This document shows positions 19,877-29,224 of a stretch of 64,000 nucleotides of DNA, piece by piece; within the stretch, counting starts at the first letter, position 1, and every line of letters starts with the position of its first letter. Source of the stretch: Roseovarius sp. (GTDB taxonomy: Bacteria > Pseudomonadota > Alphaproteobacteria > Rhodobacterales > Rhodobacteraceae); the NCBI GenBank assembly GCA_965656855.1, contig CBFHML010000097.1, positions 31,250 through 95,249 of the forward strand. Direction: 5' to 3'. A program made the translations under genes and the position numbers. The notes beneath the pieces are model-generated. The model was not told the DNA's origin. It did not search any database and was given only the letters and a program-made list of their open reading frames with translations.

Positions 19877-20127
19877 AACAAACCTCCAAAAGCCTTGGCG
19901 GCGCGTCCGGGTAGCACTGCCGTTTGGACATTCTGGCGGCAACTCTTCCGCAAACTGTAAACTCGAATGTGACATGCTGGAACAGATGCTACAAATTTTC
20001 TGGTGAAGCAACAGGCGAAGTTGTATTTACAAAAAACATACAATCGAGTGATGTTTACAGCTTACGTTCTCTCAAGTTTTGAACTCAGTTACCTATACAA
20101 ACGTACAACCATCAAACCAACCCCCCC

Positions 20128-20526
20128 TCACAACCAATCCCGCAAAATCGGGATGAGCGGCACGTCTGCCGGGGGCATGGGGTAGTCTTTCAGGTCGTTG
20201 GGCCGCACCCATTTGAGCGCCTGACCCTCCTTGCCCTGCGGCACGCCCGCCCATTTCCGGCAGGCGAATAGCGGCATCAGCAGGTGAAAATCCTCATACC
20301 CGTGGCTCGCGAATGTCAGCGGCGCAAGGCAGCTTTCCCATGTGTCGATCCCCAGCTCCTCTTGCAGCTCGCGGATCAGAGCCGCCTCTGGCGCCTCTCC
20401 GGTCTCGACCTTGCCACCGGGGAATTCCCACAGGCCTTCCATCGACTTGCCGGGCGGTCGCTGCGTCAACAGCACCCGCCCCTCCACATCAATCAGCGCC
20501 ACGGCAGAGACCAAAACGATCTTCAT
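20128..20526 (-). CDS. mutT: 8-oxo-dGTP diphosphatase-type NUDIX hydrolase
   Basis: Nudix box GGKVETGEAPEAALIRELQEELGI. Start trimmed to MKIVLVSA, which overlaps the argJ stop (ATGA). Confidence 0.8.
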   Translation of the reverse strand: MKIVLVSAVALIDVEGRVLLTQRPPGKSMEGLWEFPGGKVETGEAPEAALIRELQEELGIDTWESCLAPLTFASHGYEDFHLLMPLFACRKWAGVPQGKEGQALKWVRPNDLKDYPMPPADVPLIPILRDWL

Positions 20527-21752
20527 GACCGGTAGTCCGCATTGATCGAGATGTAGCCATGCGTCAGATCGCAGGTCCACACAGTTGCCGTGCCGCCCCC
20601 AAGGCCGAGGTCGACATGGATCACGATCGTCTCGCCCTTCATATAGGCCGCGCCGTCATCCTCTTGGTAATCGGGGTGTTTCCAGCCCTTTTCGGCCACC
20701 AGAATGTCACCGAACCAGATGCTGAGCTCATCGCGATCCGCAGGCGCGCCCGACTTGCCCACCGCCATCACGACGCGGCCCCAATTGGGATCCTCGCCCG
20801 CCACGGCGGTTTTCACCAGTGGCGAGTTGGCGATGCTGAGTGCATGCACCTTGGCGTCCTCATCCGAGGAGGCGCCTGTCACCGACACCTCGACGAATTT
20901 CGTCGCTCCCTCGCCGTCGCGCACCACCTGATGCGCGAGATCCAGCATGACGGTCCGCAAGCCCTCCATGAAGCCGACGCTGCGATCCGTGACCCGGATG
21001 CCCGACGCGCCCGTCGCCGCCACCAGCAACGTGTCAGAGGTCGAAGTGTCACCATCCACCGTGATGCAGTTGAACGTCTTTTCGTTGAGCGCGGACACCA
21101 TGTCCTGCAATGGCTCTCGCTCGATCACCGCGTCGGTAAAGATATAGACGAGCATCGTCGCCATATCCGGCGCGATCATGCCTGAACCCTTGGCGATGCC
21201 GGCGATATGAATCTCTTGGCCGTCCTGCATGACCGTCGTGCCCGCCCCCTTGGGGAAGGTGTCTGTCGTCATGATGGCGTGGGCCGCATCCGCGATCCCG
21301 TCGCCCGACAACCCGCCGCGCAGGGCGTCCATAACACCGGTGATCCGGTCATGTGGCAACGGCTCTCCGATGACGCCGGTTGAGCTGGAATAGACCCGCG
21401 TTTCGGGCAGGTCCAACGACAGCGCCACGGCCCGCGTCACCGCCTGAACAGCGCCTGCGCCGTTCTTGCCGGTAAAGGCGTTTGCGTTTCCCGAGTTCAC
21501 GAGGATGGCCGCGCCCGCCTCGGCATGCTGGCCAATCTTATCCTCGCAATCCAGCACCGCGGCCGAGCGGGTCGCTGAGCGCGTGAATGCCCCCGCGATG
21601 GTCGTGCCCGGCACCAACCGTGCGAGCATGACGTCTTTGCGCCCCTCATATTTGACCCCCGCCGCCGCGGTCGCAAAGCTCACGCCGCGGATCACTGGCA
21701 GTTCGGGAAAGTTTTTCGGCGCCAGTGGCGACACGGGGAGGGCCTTGGCCAT
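20523..21752 (-). CDS. argJ: bifunctional ornithine acetyltransferase / N-acetylglutamate synthase
   Basis: Autoprocessing region PDMATMLVYIFTDA and full-length ArgJ pattern. Confidence 0.9.
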   Translation of the reverse strand: MAKALPVSPLAPKNFPELPVIRGVSFATAAAGVKYEGRKDVMLARLVPGTTIAGAFTRSATRSAAVLDCEDKIGQHAEAGAAILVNSGNANAFTGKNGAGAVQAVTRAVALSLDLPETRVYSSSTGVIGEPLPHDRITGVMDALRGGLSGDGIADAAHAIMTTDTFPKGAGTTVMQDGQEIHIAGIAKGSGMIAPDMATMLVYIFTDAVIEREPLQDMVSALNEKTFNCITVDGDTSTSDTLLVAATGASGIRVTDRSVGFMEGLRTVMLDLAHQVVRDGEGATKFVEVSVTGASSDEDAKVHALSIANSPLVKTAVAGEDPNWGRVVMAVGKSGAPADRDELSIWFGDILVAEKGWKHPDYQEDDGAAYMKGETIVIHVDLGLGGGTATVWTCDLTHGYISINADYRS

Positions 21753-21755
21753 CGG

Positions 21756-22610
21756 TCAGTTCTCCAGCAGGTCGGTGTTCTGAATGACCGAAGGTTCCAG
21801 CCCTTCAGAGCTTTTGCGGACGACGTCGGCATCTGCCTGAAGCTCTGCAATGTGAGCCTCGAGCGCCGATTGACGGGCTTGTTCGGCAAGCTCTGCACGC
21901 ACCGCGTCAAATTCGGGACGTTCCTTTTGGCGCGTCTCTGCAAGCTTGATGACGTGCCAGCCAAAGGTCGTTTCCACCGGGCCAGAGACCTCATCCGGGG
22001 AAAGGGTGGCGACCGCATCAAAGAAGTCGGCAACCATGTCGCCCTCTCCGAACCATCCAAGGTCCCCTCCGACAGAGCCGGACGGGCCGGTCGACTTGGT
22101 GCGGGCCAGAGCCGCAAAATCGGCACCCTCGGCAAGTTCCTCAACCAGCGCCTGCGCCTCTTCCTCGGTCTCTACCAGGATATGGGCGGCGCGGTATTCG
22201 GTCTCGTCCGTTTCGGCGGGATACGTTGTCTCGTAGAGGGTGCGCAGGGTTTCCTCATCGGGCTCTTGCGCCACGATCCGGTTCATTACCTGGCTGGCGA
22301 GAATGGCACGTGTTTCATTCTCGATCTCGATTTTGGATTTTGCCGACATGTCGCCATCCAGCGACTGCATCAGAAGTGTGTGTTGGATCAGTTGATCAAC
22401 AATGCCGCGGAACAACAGTTCGTCGGGGAATTGGTCATATTGTGGGGGCAGATCAGAGCGCAACGCGATAACGTGACCAAGCGTGATCTCGGTTCCGTCC
22501 ACCGTTGCGAGGACGCGTGCCGGATCAGGCGTATCCTGTGCGTTGACTGCGGATGTGGACATGAGCGCGGCACATATAAGCGCCGAGAGCGACAGAAGGG
22601 TCTTTGCCAT
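21756..22610 (-). CDS. periplasmic peptidyl-prolyl cis-trans isomerase (SurA-N + PpiC rotamase)
   Basis: Signal peptide plus parvulin motifs (AAHILV, GGDLGWF, FGWHVIKL). Confidence 0.8.
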   Translation of the reverse strand: MAKTLLSLSALICAALMSTSAVNAQDTPDPARVLATVDGTEITLGHVIALRSDLPPQYDQFPDELLFRGIVDQLIQHTLLMQSLDGDMSAKSKIEIENETRAILASQVMNRIVAQEPDEETLRTLYETTYPAETDETEYRAAHILVETEEEAQALVEELAEGADFAALARTKSTGPSGSVGGDLGWFGEGDMVADFFDAVATLSPDEVSGPVETTFGWHVIKLAETRQKERPEFDAVRAELAEQARQSALEAHIAELQADADVVRKSSEGLEPSVIQNTDLLEN

Positions 22611-22657
22611 GGGAAATCCTTTGGTTGGTCACAGAATGGGCCTCTGGGTCTGTGACG

Positions 22658-22686
22658 TTGACACTCTGTGAGCGGCCCCTTACATC
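22658..22686 (+). promoter_or_regulatory. possible sigma-70-type promoter of secA
   Basis: TTGACA-N17-TACATC, about 105 nt upstream of the secA ATG. Preceded by an 8-bp perfect inverted repeat at 22628-22656. Confidence 0.3.
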
Positions 22687-22794
22687 GCCATAGGATGAAG
22701 GCAAGGCCGCCCCTTGCGCCTGTTCTAGGGGCGTGTGGCGGGCGGGGCAAGCGGTTGCCCCAAAGAACAGGCGAAACACCGGAACGGATAGAAC

Positions 22795-25506
22795 ATGCTT
22801 GGATTTGGAACGGTTGCCAAAAAGGTTTTCGGCACGCCCAACGACCGCAAGGTCAAGGCAACACGGCCTCTGGTCGACAAGATAAACGCGCTGGAGCCTG
22901 AATTCGAGGCGCTGAGTGACGCTGGCCTGATAGAGAAAACCGCAGAATTCAAATCTCGTGTTGCGAACGGCGAAAGCCTTGATGCGGTCCTGCCCGAAGC
23001 CTTTGCCAATTGCCGAGAAGCGGCGCGTCGTGCGCTTGGCTTGCGCGCCTTTGACGTCCAGTTGATGGGCGGCATTTTCCTGCATCAGGGCAATATCTCT
23101 GAGATGAAGACCGGCGAAGGCAAGACGCTTGTGGCGACGTTTCCAGCCTATCTCAATGCGTTGACCGGCCAGCCTGTGCACATCGTGACGGTCAATGATT
23201 ACCTCGCCAGCCGTGACGCGGAATGGATGGGCAAGGTCTATGGCGCTCTTGGACTGACGACAGGCGTTGTGGTTCCTGATCAGGATGGCCAGAGCAAGCA
23301 GGCCGCCTACGCGGCTGATGTGACTTACGCTACCAACAACGAGCTTGGGTTCGATTATCTTCGCGACAACATGAAAAGTACGCTCGAAGAAATGAACCAA
23401 CGCGGCCACTTTTTCGCTGTGGTGGACGAGGTCGACTCGATCCTTATCGACGAGGCGCGAACACCGCTGATCATCTCTGGCCCCGCCGAGGACAGAAGTG
23501 ATCTGTATCTGACCGTCGATAAGCTGATCCCGGAATTGACCGAAGAACACTACACCATCGACGAAAAGACCAAGAACGTCACGTACACTGACGACGGCAA
23601 CGAGTTTATCGAACAGCTTTTGCACCAGCGCGGTCTGCTGGAAGAGGGTCAGAGCCTGTATGACCCCGAAAGCACAACAGTCGTTCACCACATGAATCAG
23701 GGTCTCCGGGCGCATAAATTATTCCTGAAGGACCGTGATTACATCGTCCGCGACGGCAATGTTGTGCTCATTGATGAATTCACTGGCCGGATGATGACTG
23801 GCAGGCGGCTTTCGGACGGTTTGCATCAGGCGATCGAGGCCAAGGAAGGCTGCGACATCAAGCCAGAGAACGTGACCCTCGCGCAGGTGACGTTCCAGAA
23901 CTATTTCCGCTTGTACGATAAGCTGTCTGGGATGACCGGCACCGCCTCCACCGAGGCTGCGGAATTCGCCGAGATCTACGGGCTTGGCGTGGTTGAGGTG
24001 CCAACCAACAAACCGATTGCCCGGGTCGACGATGATGATGCTGTTTACCGCACGACGCAGGAAAAATTCGACGCGGTTATCGATACCATCAAAGAGGCGC
24101 ACGAGGTGGGTCAGCCTACCCTAGTCGGCACGACCTCTATCGAGAAATCCGAGATGCTGAGCGAGATGCTCAGCAAAGCTGGGGTTGAGCACAATGTGCT
24201 GAATGCGCGCCAGCATGAGAAGGAAGCCCAGATCGTCGCTGATGCCGGCAAGCTGGGTGCGGTGACCATCGCCACGAACATGGCTGGACGCGGGACCGAC
24301 ATCAAACTGGGCGGGAACGTGGATTTTCAGATCATGGAGGCGCTTGAGGCAAATCCTGACTCTGACCCCGAAGAGATCCGCAAGAAAATCGAGGCCGACC
24401 ACGATACTGATCAAGAGGCGGTCAAAAAGGCAGGCGGTCTGTTTGTTCTGGCAACGGAACGACATGAAAGCCGCCGGATCGACAACCAGTTGCGCGGCCG
24501 TTCCGGCCGTCAGGGGGATCCGGGGCGCTCTGCGTTTTTCCTGAGCCTTGACGACGACTTGATGCGTATTTTTGGATCCGAGCGGCTGGAAAAGGTACTC
24601 TCTTCGCTTGGCATGAAGGAAGGTGAGGCGATCATCCATCCATGGGTGAACAAAAGTCTCGAACGTGCTCAGGCCAAGGTCGAGGGACGCAATTTCGACA
24701 TCCGCAAGCAGCTCTTGAAGTTTGACGACGTGATGAACGAGCAGCGCAAGGTGATCTTCAAGCAGCGTCTTGATATCATGCGCGCCGAAGATCTCAGTGA
24801 GATTGTGCAGGATATGCGTGGCGAGGTGATCGACGATCTGGTCGACACCTACATGCCGCCCAAAACCTACGCGGACCAATGGAACATCGAAGGTCTCTAT
24901 GGGGCTGTGATCGAACAGTTGAACATGGACCTGCCGCTTATGGCATGGGCCGAGGAAGAGGGCGTAGACGATGAGGCGGTTGTCGAGAGGATCGAAAAAG
25001 CCGCCGATGACATGATGGCCCAAAAGGCAGAAGCATTTGGTGCAGAGACGATGCGTACCATTGAAAAGCAGGTCCTGTTGCAGACGATCGATGCCAAATG
25101 GCGCGAGCATCTGCTGACGTTGGAACATCTGCGCAGCGTCGTTGGCTTTCGTGGATACGCTCAGCGAGATCCGCTCAATGAATACAAGAATGAGGCGTTT
25201 CAGCTCTTTGAGAGCATGCTCAACGGTCTGCGCAAGGATGTGACCCAAAAGCTGGGTCAGGTCCGCCCAATGAGTGAAGAAGAACAGCGTCAGATGGTCG
25301 AAGATATTCAGGCGCAAAGATCACAAATGGCCGAAGCCGGTGAGCGTGAAAAGCCCGAGCCCGCCTCGCCAGAGGTCGCGGCAGGTGAGCCGCAAGAAGG
25401 CTTTGTCGAAGATGACCCGTCGACTTGGGGCAATCCGGGCCGCAACGAGGCTTGTCCTTGTGGGTCAGGCAAGAAGTTCAAGCATTGTCATGGGCGGCTC
25501 GCCTGA
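22795..25506 (+). CDS. secA: preprotein translocase ATPase SecA
   Basis: Full-length SecA, with [10 protein letters not shown], the DEAD-like motor, and the C-terminal zinc motif [14 protein letters not shown]. Confidence 0.95.
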   Translation: MLGFGTVAKKVFGTPNDRKVKATRPLVDKINALEPEFEALSDAGLIEKTAEFKSRVANGESLDAVLPEAFANCREAARRALGLRAFDVQLMGGIFLHQGNISEMKTGEGKTLVATFPAYLNALTGQPVHIVTVNDYLASRDAEWMGKVYGALGLTTGVVVPDQDGQSKQAAYAADVTYATNNELGFDYLRDNMKSTLEEMNQRGHFFAVVDEVDSILIDEARTPLIISGPAEDRSDLYLTVDKLIPELTEEHYTIDEKTKNVTYTDDGNEFIEQLLHQRGLLEEGQSLYDPESTTVVHHMNQGLRAHKLFLKDRDYIVRDGNVVLIDEFTGRMMTGRRLSDGLHQAIEAKEGCDIKPENVTLAQVTFQNYFRLYDKLSGMTGTASTEAAEFAEIYGLGVVEVPTNKPIARVDDDDAVYRTTQEKFDAVIDTIKEAHEVGQPTLVGTTSIEKSEMLSEMLSKAGVEHNVLNARQHEKEAQIVADAGKLGAVTIATNMAGRGTDIKLGGNVDFQIMEALEANPDSDPEEIRKKIEADHDTDQEAVKKAGGLFVLATERHESRRIDNQLRGRSGRQGDPGRSAFFLSLDDDLMRIFGSERLEKVLSSLGMKEGEAIIHPWVNKSLERAQAKVEGRNFDIRKQLLKFDDVMNEQRKVIFKQRLDIMRAEDLSEIVQDMRGEVIDDLVDTYMPPKTYADQWNIEGLYGAVIEQLNMDLPLMAWAEEEGVDDEAVVERIEKAADDMMAQKAEAFGAETMRTIEKQVLLQTIDAKWREHLLTLEHLRSVVGFRGYAQRDPLNEYKNEAFQLFESMLNGLRKDVTQKLGQVRPMSEEEQRQMVEDIQAQRSQMAEAGEREKPEPASPEVAAGEPQEGFVEDDPSTWGNPGRNEACPCGSGKKFKHCHGRLA

Positions 25507-25577
25507 TATCGCGTCAAGGTGGCATGCCGCATTGACTCCGCTTGGATGCCCTAACTGGGCCATTATCCCCGTGTAGA

Positions 25578-25612
25578 TCTGTCTCCGTACCTTATGAGGG
25601 TCTGGAGACAGA
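25578..25612 (+). promoter_or_regulatory. RBS-sequestering hairpin immediately upstream of the 25614 ORF
   Basis: Perfect 9-bp stem, TCTGTCTCC (25578-25586) with GGAGACAGA (25604-25612). The 3' arm contains the GGAGA Shine-Dalgarno and ends 1 nt before the ATG. Confidence 0.4.
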
Positions 25613-25613
25613 G

Positions 25614-26807
25614 ATGTTTAAATCGGTTGGTAAATCGCGTCTTATCATGATGGGTGGCACCCTGACCTGTGCCTTGGGAATCGGCGTGTTGATGCAAATG
25701 ACAGCGGCTGGTCCCGCAACGGCGGATAAACCAGCACTGCAAACCTCTGCGGTTGCCGTATCTTCGTTTGTGGCCGAGCCGACAATCATCTCTGACGCGA
25801 CAGAAGAAGCGGCGGTGGCGCCTGTGCAAGACGAGACTGCAGCAGACTCCCTTTCCGAAATCGACGAACAAACCCCCTCCGAGCAACCTACTGACATCGC
25901 CGACGTCGTTGAGCCTGTATTGGGCACCAAAGCATCCGACATGATGAGCAGTGCCGCAAGCGAGGTCACATTTGATGCGGTGACTTTGACCCGTGCAGAG
26001 GCGAATTTGCCTGAGCCGTCAAACCAGCCAGCATCACCTGAAACAAAGCCGGTTGAGCTAGAGTTTGCGGCACTTGGTAACGCCCCGGTCGCGGACCTGC
26101 CGCAAGAAAACACAGACCTCGAACTTGCATGTGAGATGGAGATGACGGCGCTGTCTGATCCAGCCGCGGTTGTCACGCTTGACCTTGATGCGCCGTGCAT
26201 GGCGAACGAAAGATTTACGCTGCACCACAATGGTATGATGATCACAGGCGTCACGGACGAGGCTGGTACCTGGCAAGCTGATATTCCGGCCCTGTCAGAG
26301 CAGGCGTTGTTTATCGTCGCCTTTGCCAATGGCGAAGGCACCATCGCCAACGCCGATGTTGCTGCGCTGTCTCAGTATGATCGCTATGTCGTTCAGTGGA
26401 AGGGCTACAGCGGGATGCAGATCCACGCGCTTGAATATGGCGCTGATTATGGACAGGCTGGGCATGTCTGGCATGACACATCCCGCGGTTCGGATGTGGC
26501 CCTGCGCGGCGAAGGTGGCTTCTTGATGCGGTTGGGCGAGACAGGCATGGATGACGCCCTGCGTGCCGAAGTTTACAGCTTTCCGTCTGGCAACGCTCAG
26601 AGGGACGGTGACGTCAAGATCAGCCTTGAAACCGAAATCACACAAGCGAACTGTGGCCGCGATGTTGAGGCGCAGGCGCTGATCAAGACCGCCGATGGCA
26701 TGATCGGTGCGCGTGACTTAAACCTCGCGGTGCCGGACTGTAACGCCGTAGGTGACTTTCTAGTGTTGAAAAACCTCTACGAAGACCTGAGAATCGCGCG
26801 CAACTGA
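25614..26807 (+). CDS. hypothetical membrane-anchored protein with an acidic low-complexity linker
   Basis: N-terminal TM/signal anchor (LIMMGGTLTCALGIGVLMQM), an acidic Ala/Glu/Pro-rich region, then a C-terminal globular part. No family recognised. Confidence 0.6.
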   Translation: MFKSVGKSRLIMMGGTLTCALGIGVLMQMTAAGPATADKPALQTSAVAVSSFVAEPTIISDATEEAAVAPVQDETAADSLSEIDEQTPSEQPTDIADVVEPVLGTKASDMMSSAASEVTFDAVTLTRAEANLPEPSNQPASPETKPVELEFAALGNAPVADLPQENTDLELACEMEMTALSDPAAVVTLDLDAPCMANERFTLHHNGMMITGVTDEAGTWQADIPALSEQALFIVAFANGEGTIANADVAALSQYDRYVVQWKGYSGMQIHALEYGADYGQAGHVWHDTSRGSDVALRGEGGFLMRLGETGMDDALRAEVYSFPSGNAQRDGDVKISLETEITQANCGRDVEAQALIKTADGMIGARDLNLAVPDCNAVGDFLVLKNLYEDLRIARN

Positions 26808-26829
26808 AGACTGCGCCCGAGGGGGTTTC

Positions 26830-28386
26830 ATGAAAAAGGTTTGTGCGGCGTGCATCGCCGCACTTTTCTGGTTTGGCGCCGGGTTTGCATATGCACAAGA
26901 CGTCACGCTGAAATCCCGTGATGGGAATGTCGAAATCTCAGGTAACCTCCTCGGTTTCGATGGAGAATTTTATCGTGTTGATACTGTTTACGGTGAACTG
27001 ACGGTAGATGGGTCTGGTGTCATTTGTGAGGGGCCGGGATGCCCCGATCTTGAGGCATTTGTCGCCCGCGCTTCGTTTTCGGGATCGCCCAAGATTGGGC
27101 GGTTGCTCATGCCCGCGCTTCTCGAAGCTTTTGCGATCCGTGAGGGTTACGAGATACAGACCCAAGAAAGCGGGGGTCAGCAAAAATTCTATGTGCTCAT
27201 CGATCCCGAAGAAGACCGCGTCGTTGGAGAGTTCGTGTTTCGCCTTACGAATTCTGATGAGGGGTTTGCCGATTTACTGGCCAATGCAGCGGACATTGCC
27301 ATGTCCATGCGGGAAATCCGACCCGAAGAAATAAACCGTGGGCGTGATGCGGGTCTGGGCGATCTGACCGGGCGAGGTCGCGCCAGGGTTATTGCGCTCG
27401 ACGCGCTTGTGCCTGTGGTCAGCCCCAGTAATCCGGTGCAGTCAATTACGCTTCCGAAACTGTCAGAGGTCCTGAGTGGTGCCATCACGAACTGGGCTGA
27501 TCTCGGCGGACCGGACGCACCGATTGCCGTGCATCTTTATGGTCCCTCTACGGGACTGGGACAGGTCAGTGAAGACCTCCTGTTAAAGCCAGTCGACGCG
27601 GAACTGACGGCATCCGCGCAGCGTCATGCCACCGGGCCGGACCTTATAGAGGCCATCATGTCGGACCCCTTTGCCATTGGCATCGCAAGCCAGGCAGAGA
27701 CTGGCAATACGTGGAGTCTCAGTCTGAGTGGGTCGTGTGGTTTTGCCCTGCGCGCGACACGGCGCGCGGTCAAAACCGAAGATTACCCGCTTACGGTGCC
27801 GATGTTTCTCTACCTGCCGGCGCGGCGTATGCCAAAACTGGTGAGGGAATTTTTGTCTTATCTGCGCGATCCCTCGGCTCAGCTTGTGATCCGTCGGGCC
27901 GGTTTCGTCGACCAGATGCCAGAGGAAATCGCAATCAACGCGCAGGGTGATCGATTTGCGAATGCCATTGTGCGGGCAGGCGATGAGATCGTTCTGTCCG
28001 ATCTTAAACGCATGGTTGAAGTTCTTTCGCCGCTGAGGCGGCTTACGACGACATACCGGTTCGAGACGGGTTCAACCCGGCTGGATGCACAATCACGCTC
28101 GAATGTTCAGCAATTGGCGCGTGCGCTTGAGCTTGGTCTTTACGATGCGCGGCGTCTTGTTTTTGTCGGCTTCAGTGACGGCGAAGGCGCTGCCGAGGCA
28201 AATCAGCGTATCGCGAATCGGCGCGCTGACACCGTGCGTAAGGCTGTGGTGACCGCGGCGGAAACAGCCAATCTGGCCCGGATCAGTATCGAAACAGAGG
28301 CCTTTGGAGAAGCGATGCCAATGGCTTGCGATGACACGGCCTGGGGGCGCAGCATCAACCGTCGCGTCGAAATCTGGGTGCGCTGA
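26830..28386 (+). CDS. PstS-like substrate-binding domain fused to an OmpA-family C-terminal domain
   Basis: Signal peptide and a central periplasmic-binding-protein-like region. The C-terminal OmpA-like motif reads FETGSTRLD......VGFSDGEG....N..IANRRADTV......NRRVEI. Confidence 0.7.
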   Translation: MKKVCAACIAALFWFGAGFAYAQDVTLKSRDGNVEISGNLLGFDGEFYRVDTVYGELTVDGSGVICEGPGCPDLEAFVARASFSGSPKIGRLLMPALLEAFAIREGYEIQTQESGGQQKFYVLIDPEEDRVVGEFVFRLTNSDEGFADLLANAADIAMSMREIRPEEINRGRDAGLGDLTGRGRARVIALDALVPVVSPSNPVQSITLPKLSEVLSGAITNWADLGGPDAPIAVHLYGPSTGLGQVSEDLLLKPVDAELTASAQRHATGPDLIEAIMSDPFAIGIASQAETGNTWSLSLSGSCGFALRATRRAVKTEDYPLTVPMFLYLPARRMPKLVREFLSYLRDPSAQLVIRRAGFVDQMPEEIAINAQGDRFANAIVRAGDEIVLSDLKRMVEVLSPLRRLTTTYRFETGSTRLDAQSRSNVQQLARALELGLYDARRLVFVGFSDGEGAAEANQRIANRRADTVRKAVVTAAETANLARISIETEAFGEAMPMACDDTAWGRSINRRVEIWVR

Positions 28387-28408
28387 TGCGCATTCATCTG
28401 ATGAGGGT

Positions 28409-29191
28409 TTAAATCAGCCCCTCGCTTTTGAAGCTTGTTTCACAAGATTTGCCGATGATCAGATGATCATGAAGCACCATGCCCAGCGTCTCTGCCGCGA
28501 GTTTTATCTGCTGTGTCATGGTGATGTCTGCCTCAGAGGGTGTCGGGTCTCCGGATGGATGGTTATGCACCAAAATAAGCGCGCTGGCGTTCAGTGACAG
28601 AGCACGTTTGACCACCTCGCGTGGATAAACCGGAACATGATCAATTGTCCCACGGGCCTGCGCCTCGTCAGCGATCAGCACGTTTTTGCGGTCGAGGTAA
28701 AAGACGCGGAATTGCTCAACATCCGCATGTGCCATCGTGGTGTGACAATAGGCAAGCAGGGCGTCCCAGCTGGAGATGATATGTCGTTGCCTGACGCGGG
28801 ACCGGGCAAGACGATGTGCGGCCGCCTCTACGATCCGCAATTCGCAGATCACTGCGTCGCCGATGCCGCTCACCTCTGCCAGCTGATCCGCGCTGGCGCT
28901 GAGAACGCCGTTGTAATCGCCAAAACGATCCAGCAAGGCGCGAACAAGCGGCTTTACGTCGCGCCGGGGGATCGCGCGAAAGAGCACAAGCTCCAACATT
29001 TCATAGTCAGGGATCGCGTCTGCCCCACCGGACAAAAACCGATCGCGGAGCCGCTTTCGATGATCGCGCAGATAAGAAGGCTGCGGAGCTATCACAGTCT
29101 TGGCTGCGGCGGCTTTGTCCGAATCGAATAATGGCAGCGCCATTTCGTGAAAGGCAGTCTCATGGCTCATGCCCAGAGACTGCCTGACCAA
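28409..29191 (-). CDS. radC: RadC family (JAB/MPN domain) protein
   Basis: HhH-like N-terminal part (LRDRFL..G...DYELLELVL) and JAMM motif LVHNHPSGDPTPS. The exact start is uncertain (29191 or 29170). Confidence 0.8.
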   Translation of the reverse strand: MVRQSLGMSHETAFHEMALPLFDSDKAAAAKTVIAPQPSYLRDHRKRLRDRFLSGGADAIPDYEMLELVLFRAIPRRDVKPLVRALLDRFGDYNGVLSASADQLAEVSGIGDAVICELRIVEAAAHRLARSRVRQRHIISSWDALLAYCHTTMAHADVEQFRVFYLDRKNVLIADEAQARGTIDHVPVYPREVVKRALSLNASALILVHNHPSGDPTPSEADITMTQQIKLAAETLGMVLHDHLIIGKSCETSFKSEGLI

Positions 29192-29224
29192 GTTTAGCGA
29201 AAGGTTAACCTCGTATGGAAACCA

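Larger units (their letters stand above)
18471..20127. other. compositionally aberrant (low-GC, mosaic) insertion carrying a two-gene minus-strand cassette
   Basis: Hand counts: 22/60 GC (18661-18720), 24/60 (19141-19200) and 22/60 (20041-20100), against 35/60 in infB (18241-18300). Confidence 0.75.

Noticed and set aside
19540-20043. Alternative 167-aa minus-strand ORF, and the 146-aa extension (to 20011) of the small cassette ORF.
   Set aside because: Neither start has an RBS. The 167-aa frame overlaps the 346-aa gene start out of frame. The internal ATG at 19876 has GGAGG at ideal spacing, so the 101-aa version is preferred. The coding status of this stretch remains uncertain (see findings).
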